Positions 28,122-37,714 of a DNA stretch of 64,000 nt are shown one piece after another (positions within the stretch are counted from its first letter, which is position 1; every line of letters starts with the position of its first letter). The notes below the pieces were generated by a model. The model was not told the DNA's origin, did no database searches, and saw only the letters and a program-made list of their open reading frames with translations. The stretch covers positions 27,620-91,619 of the forward strand of contig JAYUQP010000018.1 of assembly GCA_043757265.1 (NCBI GenBank), written 5' to 3'. Source of the stretch: Bdellovibrionales bacterium. GTDB taxonomy: Bacteria > Bdellovibrionota > Bdellovibrionia > Bdellovibrionales > JAGQZY01. A program made the position numbers and the translations under genes.

Positions 28122-29510
28122 TTACTTAAAACTAGTTACGATGTCTTTGTAGTAGTTTCCGCGCTCAACATAGCTATCAAACATATCGAAGCTTGAGCAA
28201 CCTGGTGAAAGCAGAACTGTGTCGCCGATGCGCGACTTTTGATAAGCAATTAACACAGCTTCCTCGAACGTGCCGATCAAATAGGTTTCGCAGTAGTCGC
28301 CGATATCACGGTTGATGCGCTCTTTAGCCTCGCCCACAAGGATCAGTGACTTTACTTTTTTACGGACCATGTCGCGCAAAGATTCATAACTTAGGTTGGT
28401 GTCTTTTCCACCCATAATTAAGATAACGTTTTCTTCGAACGCATCTAGTGCGCGTTTGACGGCGTGCACGTTGGTGGCTTTGGAGTCGTTAAAGAACTCC
28501 ACTCCGCCCACGCGTCGAATATATTCGAGACGGTGTGGAATGCCTTTGAAGCTGTTAATCACACTGACGATGGCTTCGCTAGTAGCGCCATGCTCACGAG
28601 CTGCGAGGATCGCTGCCATCATATTTTCTACAGAGTGCTTTCCACGGGCGCGCATGCCTTTGATACTTAGGGATTCGATGTCAGGGCCTGTGCGCACACG
28701 GAGCTCGTCTGCGATGTTCACGATCCCGCCGATGTTCATGATCTGCGGTTCAAGAGCGGCTTTGCGAGAGAAATAAAAAATTCGACCGCGTTGAACCGCT
28801 GGATCCCGCGCTAGCTCAATCACCGCGTTGTCGTCGGCATTAAGAATGCTGGTCGTCGTGGGGTTGGTGTTTGCAAAAATGCGCCTTTTTGCATTGATGT
28901 AATCTTCCATGGACTTGTAACGATCCAAATGATTTTCGGCCAGGTTTGTAAATACCACATTTTTCGGATTAAATTTTTCGCAATGTTCGAGTTGAAAACT
29001 CGAAACTTCGAGAACTAAGACTTGCGCTTTCTTTCCAGAAGCAACGTACTCGATCACCGGAGCCCCATAGTTGCCACCAATCCACGCATCAATACCCGAC
29101 TCTTTTAACATTTTGTGCATAAGATAGGTCGTTGTGGTTTTGCCGTTAGTTCCAGTGATCGCAATGACGGGTTCTTTGATAAACCAGTTTGCAAATTCGA
29201 ATTCGCCGGTGACCTTTACGCCATTATGGCGAGCATAATCAAAGATTTTTAGCTGCGGAGAAACTCCTGGGCTTAGAATAATTAGATCTTGCTCGATGAA
29301 TTTTTTTGGCGTGTGGCCGCCCAAGTCGTATTCCAACTGAAGGCTTTCGATCTGCTCTAACGAATTCGATAACTCAGCTTTTGATTTGTGATCCGACACC
29401 GTCACCTTGGCGCCTTTTTCCACAAGGAAGCGCACTAACGCCACTCCTGATTTTGCCAGGCCAATCACCATGATTTTTTTATCTTTTAACTCAGAAACTT
29501 CGCTAAACAT
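28122..29510 (-). CDS. murD: UDP-N-acetylmuramoylalanine--D-glutamate ligase
   Basis: 462 aa. N-terminal Rossmann VIGLAKSGVA, GTNGKTTTT P-loop, Mur ligase domains. Position after mraY. Confidence 0.95.
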   Translation of the reverse strand: MFSEVSELKDKKIMVIGLAKSGVALVRFLVEKGAKVTVSDHKSKAELSNSLEQIESLQLEYDLGGHTPKKFIEQDLIILSPGVSPQLKIFDYARHNGVKVTGEFEFANWFIKEPVIAITGTNGKTTTTYLMHKMLKESGIDAWIGGNYGAPVIEYVASGKKAQVLVLEVSSFQLEHCEKFNPKNVVFTNLAENHLDRYKSMEDYINAKRRIFANTNPTTTSILNADDNAVIELARDPAVQRGRIFYFSRKAALEPQIMNIGGIVNIADELRVRTGPDIESLSIKGMRARGKHSVENMMAAILAAREHGATSEAIVSVINSFKGIPHRLEYIRRVGGVEFFNDSKATNVHAVKRALDAFEENVILIMGGKDTNLSYESLRDMVRKKVKSLILVGEAKERINRDIGDYCETYLIGTFEEAVLIAYQKSRIGDTVLLSPGCSSFDMFDSYVERGNYYKDIVTSFK

Positions 29511-29513
29511 TTT

Positions 29514-30590
29514 TTACCTCAATTTTAATGTACTTAAACACAATACAGCCAATAGAATCGCGACAATCCAAAATCGCGCGATGATTTTTGTTTCATCAAG
29601 ACCTTTTAATTCAAAATGATGATGGATCGGCGCCATCCGAAACACCCGTTTGCCAGTGAGTTTAAAAGACGCCACCTGCATAATCACCGACACCGCTTCG
29701 ACCACGAACACGCCACCGAGTACCACGAGTAAAAGCTCGTTGTGAGTGAACACTGCCATGACTCCTAAAAACCCACCAATGCTTAAACTTCCCACGTCTC
29801 CCATGAACACCTGCGCCGGGTACGCGTTAAACCACAAAAAACCCAGTCCTGCAGCCATCATCATCGCCGCAATGGGTGTGAGTTCAGCCGCTTGCTGAAT
29901 AAATGGAATTTGCAAATAATGCGCAATTTGCGAATGGCCAGAAACATAGGCAAAAATTGCGAGGGTTCCAGCCGCGATGATCACCGGCACAATGGCAAGA
30001 CCATCTAAACCGTCAGTGAGATTTACCGCATTGGCGGCGCCCACGATAACGGTTGCGCCGAAAAAAATGTAATACCAACCCAGGTCGATCTGCAGTCCTT
30101 TAAAAAAGGGAATGGGAACGATTGTGGAGAATTGAAAGTACTGAATCAAAACTGCAAGCACTGCACCTGCCAGAGCGTATTCTAAACCTAGTCGCACTTT
30201 TCCTGGAAGACCTTTGCTGTTTTTTTTGCTGATTTTTAAATAATCATCGATGTAGCCCACAAGTCCAAATCCCAAAGTAACCACTAGCGTTCCAATCACG
30301 AGCGGATTTGTAAGATCCAGCCAAAGCAATGAAGGGATTATAAGACTTAAAAGAATAAGGCCGCCACCCATTGTTGGTGTTCCCGCTTTTCTTTGATGTG
30401 ACTGAGGTCCATCGTTTCGAATCGACTGACCCATCTGCAAACGTTGCATGCTTTGAATAAAATAGGGGCCCCATAGCAAACACAAAAAGAAGGACGAGAA
30501 AAAAGCAATAAACGCACGGAATGTGATGTAGCGAAAAATATTAAAAAAAGAAATTTGATCTGATAAAGAATAAAGCCACTGGTAAAGCAT
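29514..30590 (-). CDS. mraY: Phospho-N-acetylmuramoyl-pentapeptide transferase
   Basis: 358 aa, polytopic. Motifs [20 protein letters not shown] and MGDVGSL, with HHHFE near the C-terminus. Confidence 0.97.
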   Translation of the reverse strand: MLYQWLYSLSDQISFFNIFRYITFRAFIAFFSSFFLCLLWGPYFIQSMQRLQMGQSIRNDGPQSHQRKAGTPTMGGGLILLSLIIPSLLWLDLTNPLVIGTLVVTLGFGLVGYIDDYLKISKKNSKGLPGKVRLGLEYALAGAVLAVLIQYFQFSTIVPIPFFKGLQIDLGWYYIFFGATVIVGAANAVNLTDGLDGLAIVPVIIAAGTLAIFAYVSGHSQIAHYLQIPFIQQAAELTPIAAMMMAAGLGFLWFNAYPAQVFMGDVGSLSIGGFLGVMAVFTHNELLLVVLGGVFVVEAVSVIMQVASFKLTGKRVFRMAPIHHHFELKGLDETKIIARFWIVAILLAVLCLSTLKLR

Positions 30591-30598
30591 GTTTTGTC

Positions 30599-32068
30599 TT
30601 ACTTTGTTGTAAAATTTTTGGGCCCAAGACCAACAAGCACTTTCTCAAGCGCGCCGCCTCGCGATCCCTTTATAACCACCAAAGTTTTATTATTTAGCAT
30701 ACTTTTTAATTTCAAAGCAAGAGAATCTTCGTAACTATCCGATATGAATAGATTTTTACCGCTTTTTGCAGCCTCAAATCCAGCCTTAAAATGAGCTTGC
30801 GACGCGCCGGCAAAGTAGCACTCGTGGATGGGGGAGGATGCGATGTTTTTTCCAAGTTCAAAATGCTCGGCCGATGCCTGCTCACCGAGTTCGCGCATCT
30901 CACTAAAAATGCCAATCATTTTTTGATCGGCTTTGGCCACTGATGGAAGATTGCTAATCAGCGCTGCAAAACTATCGGGATTGGCATTGTAGGCATCAAA
31001 CAGAGCCTGTGCCCCCGAATGCAACATCACCCATTGGTTTCGCCCCCAGCCGGTTTGACATTTTTCAAGTTGGGAAAAAATGACCTCAACTTTTACGTCT
31101 GCAAGCAGAGCCAAACTGCTCGCCGTCATCAGGTTGAGCACATTCTGTGCGCCGAACAACGGAATCATCAAAGTTTGTTCGTAATTATAAAGGCGGCAGT
31201 GAATTTTCAATCCGCCGACTTCACTTGAAAAAAGTCTAAACTCCACATCGGATTCTGCTGTTCCAAATGTGATCGTGCGTGAAAAATTATCTTTAAGCCT
31301 TGCGTGCATGTCAGCTGTGCGTGGGTCGGCTAAATTAAACGCCGCCTTCGTCGATTTTGGAAGATCTTGATAGATCTCCTCTTTGGCTTTAGCGATTCCC
31401 TCAACAGTGCCAAAATGTTCGATGTGGGCGCGCCCCACATTATTCACCACAACGATATTTGGCTGCGCAATTCGGCATAGATCTGTTATCTCGCCCGCAT
31501 GATTCATTCCCATTTCGAGCATGGCGACTTCATGTTCGGGGTTTAACTTTAAAAGCGTAAGCGGCAATCCCCAATGGTTATTAAAACTGCCCTCATTTTT
31601 GAGCGTGCAGAACTGTCCCTCAAGCAATGTTGTTGCGAAATCTTTCACTGTGGTCTTCCCATTACTGCCAGTCACCGCAATCACCGTTTTGCCCCACTTC
31701 TCACGCCAAAACTGTGCGAGATTCTGTAAAGCCTTCAACGTGTCATCGACTTGGATCCACGTGGTCTTTGTTAAAAGTGGCGCATCGTCTACCGTCCATT
31801 CGTGAGAAATGATGGCGCTAGCTCCATTTTCCACAGCTTGCATTATGTACTGGTGTCCATCATGGGTATCGCCTTTTAGCGCGATAAAAATTTTACCTCG
31901 CACATCTTTGCGCGAATCAGTAACAATCTCGGAAAATTCATTTCCATGCTGACTTCGAAGTTTTCCACCAGTGCCACGAACTAAGTCGTCAGTACTCAAC
32001 CCGACACTCAACCCGACACTCAACTCGCTACTCAATCCAAGACCCATTCCGCCACTCGACCCATTCAT
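30599..32068 (-). CDS. murF: UDP-N-acetylmuramoyl-tripeptide--D-alanyl-D-alanine ligase (with repeat-containing N-terminal extension)
   Basis: 489 aa. GSNGKTT P-loop and [21 protein letters not shown] overlap with the murE stop. The first ~26 aa ([25 protein letters not shown]) are encoded by 12-nt tandem repeats. Confidence 0.93.
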   Translation of the reverse strand: MNGSSGGMGLGLSSELSVGLSVGLSTDDLVRGTGGKLRSQHGNEFSEIVTDSRKDVRGKIFIALKGDTHDGHQYIMQAVENGASAIISHEWTVDDAPLLTKTTWIQVDDTLKALQNLAQFWREKWGKTVIAVTGSNGKTTVKDFATTLLEGQFCTLKNEGSFNNHWGLPLTLLKLNPEHEVAMLEMGMNHAGEITDLCRIAQPNIVVVNNVGRAHIEHFGTVEGIAKAKEEIYQDLPKSTKAAFNLADPRTADMHARLKDNFSRTITFGTAESDVEFRLFSSEVGGLKIHCRLYNYEQTLMIPLFGAQNVLNLMTASSLALLADVKVEVIFSQLEKCQTGWGRNQWVMLHSGAQALFDAYNANPDSFAALISNLPSVAKADQKMIGIFSEMRELGEQASAEHFELGKNIASSPIHECYFAGASQAHFKAGFEAAKSGKNLFISDSYEDSLALKLKSMLNNKTLVVIKGSRGGALEKVLVGLGPKNFTTK

Positions 32069-33570
32069 AAGGTATCCTTTTCTAATAACGACTTCATTTT
32101 CTCGAAGTCACTAAATGGCAGCGTTGAATCGCCGATGATTTGATAATCCTCATGTCCTTTTCCGGCGATTACCAAAATATCTTCAGCGTGGCTCAGATCG
32201 AGCGCTTTTCGAAACGCGCGCTCTCGGTCCACTTCGGAATACGTGTTGGCTGGCGAAGAGCCACCGGCTAAAATTTGATTTATTATATTTTGTGGATCTT
32301 CCGAGCGCGGATTGTCAGAGGTGACCACGGAGTGTGTGGAATATTTTTGCGCCATTTGCATCATGAGGGGGCGCTTTCCCTGATCGCGATCGCCGCCGCA
32401 GCCAAACACGGTGATTAACTGGGCGGATGGTGCTTTGATATTTGAAACTGCTTGCAGAACTTTTTCTAAAGCATCGGGTGTGTGCGCGTAATCGATAAAA
32501 ACATGACGTCGGTGCTTGTTTGGAACGCGCTGTAGGCGACCCGGCACACCGTTGAATTGCTGAAGCGCAAGCTTGCAAGTCTCTTGCGTGATACCCAGGC
32601 AGCGCGCAACGGCAATCGAGCCCACGCAGTTTGCCACATTGTGTTCGCCGATCATGGATGTTTTATACTTGGTTGTTTTGTTTGCGCTGGAATTTTTTCC
32701 GCCGGAGGTTTTTTCCCGTATCTCAAACTGCATTCCATCTACGGTGGCTTGTAAAATCTTAAACGTGAAGTCGCAGTCATCTGTCTGCCCAAAGGTCAGT
32801 TTTTGCGCACGGCGGTCCACCCGAACGCTTTTCACCTTTGCATCGTCCGCATTCAAAATCGCGAACACATCGCCCTCTTGCTTAAGGTGATCGGTGAAAA
32901 GTTTTTGCTTACTTTCGAAGTAGTCATCCATCGTTGGATGATAATCCAAATGATCTCGCGTAAAGTTTGTAAACAACGTAATGTCAAATTGCGTGGGTAC
33001 ACGTTTTTGTTTCAAACTATGGCTCGAAACTTCCATCACGTAACTTTTGGCACCAAAAAAAATAAAATCCTGCAGTCGCTGATAAAAGGTCGCCGCGTCG
33101 GGAGTGGTAAGAGAACTTTTCCAAGTATGGTTTTTAAAATGATGATCAATGGTGCCCATCACTCCGCAGGGGACCTGTGCCCAGTTGAGGATCTGCTCGA
33201 TCATATAACTGGAACTGGTTTTTCCGTTGGTTCCGGTGATTCCTACAGAGATTAATTTTTCTTCGGGATGAGCGTAAAATTCGGAAAGCACGGACGCATA
33301 GGCAAGCGCAGAATCGAGAACTTGGACAGTGACACCTTTAAAGTCTGATGGGATTTTTTGTGGGGCCTCTACCACTACGGCGCAGGCGCCTTGATCGATG
33401 GCCTTTTGCAAATAATTGTGCCCGTCGCTGCTTACACCTTTGATCGCCACGAAGACAAACCCGGGCTCAACTTTGCGTGAGTCCGATGTCACCCCTTTTG
33501 GCACAAAATCAGGTGATATTTGCTGCCAGTCGATTTTTCCAAAGAATGTGAGAAGGTTTTTAAGTGTCAT
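32065..33570 (-). CDS. murE: UDP-N-acetylmuramoyl-L-alanyl-D-glutamate--2,6-diaminopimelate ligase
   Basis: 501 aa. GTNGKTS P-loop and TSDSRKVEPGFVFVAIKG. DNPR motif (TSDNPRSEDP), typical of meso-DAP-adding MurE. Confidence 0.95.
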   Translation of the reverse strand: MTLKNLLTFFGKIDWQQISPDFVPKGVTSDSRKVEPGFVFVAIKGVSSDGHNYLQKAIDQGACAVVVEAPQKIPSDFKGVTVQVLDSALAYASVLSEFYAHPEEKLISVGITGTNGKTSSSYMIEQILNWAQVPCGVMGTIDHHFKNHTWKSSLTTPDAATFYQRLQDFIFFGAKSYVMEVSSHSLKQKRVPTQFDITLFTNFTRDHLDYHPTMDDYFESKQKLFTDHLKQEGDVFAILNADDAKVKSVRVDRRAQKLTFGQTDDCDFTFKILQATVDGMQFEIREKTSGGKNSSANKTTKYKTSMIGEHNVANCVGSIAVARCLGITQETCKLALQQFNGVPGRLQRVPNKHRRHVFIDYAHTPDALEKVLQAVSNIKAPSAQLITVFGCGGDRDQGKRPLMMQMAQKYSTHSVVTSDNPRSEDPQNIINQILAGGSSPANTYSEVDRERAFRKALDLSHAEDILVIAGKGHEDYQIIGDSTLPFSDFEKMKSLLEKDTL

Positions 33571-33798
33571 TTTTCAGCTTTATCCTACTGAATAAAGCCC
33601 AGTAGAGTCACCGCCGATCGCCGATTACGACGAGGTGTGCTAAAATTCCATGTGAATTCAAAGGGTTACATTTTGCGAGTTGAAACCGTCGCTGGTTCCG
33701 TAATTGCAAAACACGCAGAGACTCTTCGGGTTGAAAAATTCGCAGGGATCTTTCGGTGAGGAATTAGAGTTCCTGGCCGAAAACGAAAGGCTGTACGT

Positions 33799-34524
33799 AT
33801 GTTCCGCTCCGCTCACACATTGCTTTATTGCATGCTGACTCTTTTAGGTTCGGCTTGCACACATCGACCGGATACCGCTAAGACTCGCTCCGTTGTCGTT
33901 GAGACCTCGCAGATTGAAAATCTGAATCAAGCATCCGCTCAGCTGAAAAACCTCAAACAAAGTTTAGTGCGTCTACGTGTGAGCCGCGGGTCGGGCGATG
34001 ATTCTTTTGGTACTGGATTCTTTTATAAAAACCGAAATCTTTTAGTAACAGCACTCCACACTTTTGAGGGCCACGCTTGCCTTAATACGGAGGCCTGTGA
34101 AATCATTATCGGTCGAGTGGAAAACGCGACGACCGTAAAGGAAGTTAAGGTCCTCGCAAAAATCGCGCTTAAAGATCCAACGTCAGATCTGGTGTACTTC
34201 GAAATTAGAGATTCCTCGCAGCTTGCAGACGTTATTCCGCTGCAAAAATCTTCTCCCTCAGCCAAAGAAAAAATGACCGCGGTCGGCTTTTATCAGGATT
34301 CGCAAAGTCTGACCTTCTCGCACGGCATTCAACAGCGCTCCACCAAAATCAGCACTGCTCTCGGGGTGCAGCAAGAAACAGTCACAAACATCATAGTTAG
34401 TCAGGGTTTTAGCGGTGCCCCCGTTGTGAACACCAAGGGCGAAGTGATCGGCGTTGTATCGTCGTATCACCCTCTCGTCACCAACAAAGAGATCGGCATC
34501 GCCCGCTTTGTTGATTTGAACTAG
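33799..34524 (+). CDS. Trypsin-like (S1/chymotrypsin fold) serine protease lipoprotein
   Basis: 241 aa with lipobox LLGSAC. His region GTGFFYKNRNLLVTALHTF. Ser region GFSGAPVVNTKGEVIGVVS. Confidence 0.75.
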   Translation: MFRSAHTLLYCMLTLLGSACTHRPDTAKTRSVVVETSQIENLNQASAQLKNLKQSLVRLRVSRGSGDDSFGTGFFYKNRNLLVTALHTFEGHACLNTEACEIIIGRVENATTVKEVKVLAKIALKDPTSDLVYFEIRDSSQLADVIPLQKSSPSAKEKMTAVGFYQDSQSLTFSHGIQQRSTKISTALGVQQETVTNIIVSQGFSGAPVVNTKGEVIGVVSSYHPLVTNKEIGIARFVDLN

Positions 34525-34557
34525 TTAATTTGAACGAGTTGATTTGTTTCAACAGAC

Positions 34558-35703
34558 TTACTTATTAACTCTTGCCCGGTCTTGTAAATCGCGAAGTCTA
34601 CGAACTTCCACCTCGGGCAGGACCATCCCGCGAGATCCACTATTTTTCATAATAAGGCTTTCGTTCAAACGATTCACACATCGAGTAGCGATGGCGGAAT
34701 GAGGAAGGGTGTCTACACAAAGTTCGTAATAAAAATCGGATAGATCCCAAAAACCGCCCACGGTAAAGTATTCGTAAACACGTCCTAAAATATAGTAGCT
34801 CTCTGCGATCCCGGCTACGTCCTTTTCCTGCGAGAGACCTTCATGAATCATTAAAGCAGCGACAATAGCTTGTACAAATTGGGTTTCGTTAATTTCGAAG
34901 GAACTTTTTTTCACTCCCAAAGCTTTTTTTGCGCTCTGCAGATTATGTGGAATATTTTTATAGTTTTTTGCCCAGTAGGTGAGGTCTCTTTTCCAGGCAT
35001 TTAAGTTTTCCTGGAAATACTGTGACAAATTTTTATTTCCAGTCTGCTGAGAAATAAAAAGGTTTGCTTCGTTGAATTGCGACTGACCACGAACGGCGAC
35101 GAGTAAATAGTATTTTATATCTTGTTCGCGGAGCAACGTGAGGTTGTCCTGCGGACTTGATCGTTCTACATGCTGAACCAAAGTTGCTTTGGCTTTATCA
35201 TATTGGCGCATGGCCACATAAATCTGGGCTTTTTCGTAGGGTTCAAGGACATAGCTATCAATATTAAATTTATTCCAAAAAAGATGCTGCGGACCAGTCG
35301 GTATGCGTGTGTGACATTGAAAGCAGTATTTTGCCGACTGTTTTAATAGATTTTGTGCATAAATGGTTTTACCTAATTGGAAGTAAGACAACGAGCGCGA
35401 CGCAATTTCTTTGAGGTTTTCTAATCCCTTAACCATCAGAGGATCAGTTCCGTAAAGCTGTTTCGCCTTTTCCGGAGAAATTTGGTGTATATTTTTGCGG
35501 AAGTCTTCGATCTTTTTTTGAATCTCCTGCTTGTTTATGGGATTCTGAAATTTATTCTCGCTATAAACAAACGGAATCAGTTCTTCGAAGGACTGTGCTA
35601 ACTTTTGCATCTCCGTGGACCACGAAGTCGCATCTGGTGCGGTTTTGGGGTTTTGGCAAGCGGCGGTTACAATAATCATGAGACTGCACAAAAGCTTATT
35701 CAT
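34558..35703 (-). CDS. Helical lipoprotein with a single CXXCH motif (possible c-type heme site), unknown family
   Basis: 381 aa with lipobox VTAAC. Sequence AKYCFQCHTRIP contains C-F-Q-C-H. The rest is predicted helical and TPR-like by composition. Confidence 0.55.
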   Translation of the reverse strand: MNKLLCSLMIIVTAACQNPKTAPDATSWSTEMQKLAQSFEELIPFVYSENKFQNPINKQEIQKKIEDFRKNIHQISPEKAKQLYGTDPLMVKGLENLKEIASRSLSYFQLGKTIYAQNLLKQSAKYCFQCHTRIPTGPQHLFWNKFNIDSYVLEPYEKAQIYVAMRQYDKAKATLVQHVERSSPQDNLTLLREQDIKYYLLVAVRGQSQFNEANLFISQQTGNKNLSQYFQENLNAWKRDLTYWAKNYKNIPHNLQSAKKALGVKKSSFEINETQFVQAIVAALMIHEGLSQEKDVAGIAESYYILGRVYEYFTVGGFWDLSDFYYELCVDTLPHSAIATRCVNRLNESLIMKNSGSRGMVLPEVEVRRLRDLQDRARVNK

Positions 35704-36332
35704 AAACTCCTTTAGATGACAACATTGGACACCCTACATCTGATTGTTTGCAATAACACACAGTTTCTTCGAAAACTTAGTCCGTGTTAAAAGAAGCTAT
35801 TTCAAGAATATTAAACTTGCACATCTCTTTTTCCTCATTCTATTTCTGAATGCGTTTAAGAATTTTTGCCTCGTGACTCACGAGTTTTTGGCGAATGAGT
35901 CAGCGATCTTTCCTGGATAATGACATTAGACCAGAAAAAAAAAGCTCCTATTCATTTGGAGAATGGATGTGCTCTAGCTTTTACATGATTCGACGGTGGT
36001 TGTTTATCAACGGGGGACCGGACTATCAAGATGGGTGTTTTGGGGGCCAAAAAGTGATTACAGACGTAAAGAGTCTTTTGCGGAATATTAATGCTCAAAT
36101 AAGTTCGAACCCCGCTGACACGATGAAATTCTAAACTGAAACAAGATTGGCACAACTCCTTGGGGAACTGGACATTTTATAAAAGGGCTTCGACGAGATT
36201 CGCCCAGCCTACGAACCTCAGTATCCCTTTAGAAAGTATTAAAGACATTATTTATGGATTTGAGCACTTTCGAATGAAATGCTCAAATATTTCAATTAGG
36301 AACTTTTAAATTTTCCTGCTATCGTTTGTAGA

Positions 36333-37523
36333 ATGAAAACAATTAAAAATTCAATCGCGTTACAAATTTTTCTGGCTGTGATCCTAGGCGTAGTTGTTGG
36401 TCTTTGGGCGCCGGGCGAACATTTAGCCATCTTTACGAAGCTTGCTAAGATGATTTTGCACTGGGTGCGTTTGATTGCTGGGCCGTTTTTATTTTTCTCT
36501 GTGGTTCTTTCTTTGTTACAAATCCAAGCGAAATGGTCTTCAGGAATTAAACTGATCGGTATAGCACTTTTCAACACAGCTTTGGCACTGGTAATCGGCA
36601 TCACAATGACCATGGTTTTTTTAAACGACATTTCTATTCCCCTCCCAGCTGAGACGAAAACCGAAAAGCCGGTGGCCACACTCAGCACAGATGGCTGGGT
36701 GCAAACGCTCAGTCCTGAAAGTTTATTTGCACCACTGGTTAAAAATGAAATTCTTTTGATTGCGCTTCTTTCGCTCCTGGTTGGGTTGGCGGCTAGACAG
36801 GCCTTTAAAGAACAACCCGATACGTTAAAAAAAATCGCATTTGGCTTCGAAGCCGTTCGCAGTATTTTAGAACAAATGCTGTTATGGATTTTAAAAATTA
36901 TTCCGCTGGCTGTATTTTTAGTAATTGCAGGATCCGTCGCGCAGTATGGGTTTGACGTTTTTTCGAAACTTGCAATGTACGTAGCCGTAGTAGTAAGTGC
37001 ACTCGCGTTGCAATGTATTTTGGTGTATGGGACCTGGATAGTGGCTGTGGTAAAAATTCCGATGCGCCGTTTTTGGCAAGAAGCCAAGGGCCCGTTGATT
37101 TACGCTCTCGGAATCAATTCGAGCCTGGCGACGCTTCCCCTCACACTGAAGGCCCTCAAGCAGCTTCGAGTATCGGATAGCGCCGCCTCATTGGGTGCCG
37201 GTGTTGCGACCAATCTAAATAACGATGGAATCGTTCTTTATGAAGCCTCGGCAATATTTTTTATTGCGCACTTACATGGTTTACAGTGGGACCTTTGGCA
37301 AATGATCACGGCAGCACTTGCGTGCGTCGTCGCAGCCGTGGGTATCACGGGCGTTCCCGAAGCAGGATTTATTTCGCTCACGGTAGTCGTCACGAGTTTA
37401 GGCCTGCCCATGGAAACGCTTCCGCTGTTACTATCAGTAGATTGGGTCATGGCCCGCCTGCGCTCGTGCGTAAATGTGCTTAGCGATATGACCCTCGCCA
37501 TCGTTCTTGACCACTTCGAGTAA
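36333..37523 (+). CDS. Dicarboxylate/amino acid:cation symporter (DAACS/SLC1 family)
   Basis: 396 aa, polytopic. N-terminus LQIFLAVILGVVVG. Motifs TSSSAT-like INSSLATLP, and VATNLNNDGIVLYEA and ITGVPEAGFISL. Confidence 0.88.
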   Translation: MKTIKNSIALQIFLAVILGVVVGLWAPGEHLAIFTKLAKMILHWVRLIAGPFLFFSVVLSLLQIQAKWSSGIKLIGIALFNTALALVIGITMTMVFLNDISIPLPAETKTEKPVATLSTDGWVQTLSPESLFAPLVKNEILLIALLSLLVGLAARQAFKEQPDTLKKIAFGFEAVRSILEQMLLWILKIIPLAVFLVIAGSVAQYGFDVFSKLAMYVAVVVSALALQCILVYGTWIVAVVKIPMRRFWQEAKGPLIYALGINSSLATLPLTLKALKQLRVSDSAASLGAGVATNLNNDGIVLYEASAIFFIAHLHGLQWDLWQMITAALACVVAAVGITGVPEAGFISLTVVVTSLGLPMETLPLLLSVDWVMARLRSCVNVLSDMTLAIVLDHFE

Positions 37524-37712
37524 GGTACGGACACACTTTTGGGACTCACTGCATATAGAAAAGGAACTGGATTGTCCGATGCCAGGTCCTGTTTATGTCC
37601 GAGTGGGACGCTTCCGAACATAAACAGGACCTGGCACCGGAGACCGTATACCGTTTAAGGTACGCCGTTCCTTTTCTTTATGCAGTGAGTCCCAAAAGTG
37701 TGTCCGTACTTT
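37522..37712. repeat. 191-bp nested palindromic element (44-bp outer arms plus 26-bp inner hairpin) filling a convergent intergenic region
   Basis: The outer arm aggtacggacacacttttgggactcactgcatatagaaaaggaac (37523-37566) pairs with 37668-37711 (2 mismatches). The inner stem ccgatgccaggtcctgtttatgtccg pairs with cgaacataaacaggacctggcaccgg. The element starts inside the symporter stop codon and ends 3 nt from the cfa stop. Confidence 0.9.
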
Positions 37713-37714
37713 AC

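Noticed and set aside
35895-36134. 79-aa plus-strand ORF in the long spacer upstream of the symporter
   Set aside because: It has no Shine-Dalgarno, no signal or motif, and starts right after a terminator-like hairpin. I kept it only as a remark in a finding.
36296-37087. 263-aa minus-strand ORF antisense to the DAACS symporter gene
   Set aside because: It lies entirely within a plus-strand gene that has strong family motifs. Its sequence is Ser/Ala/Thr/Cys-rich and low in complexity, typical of an antisense shadow ORF. It has no RBS.
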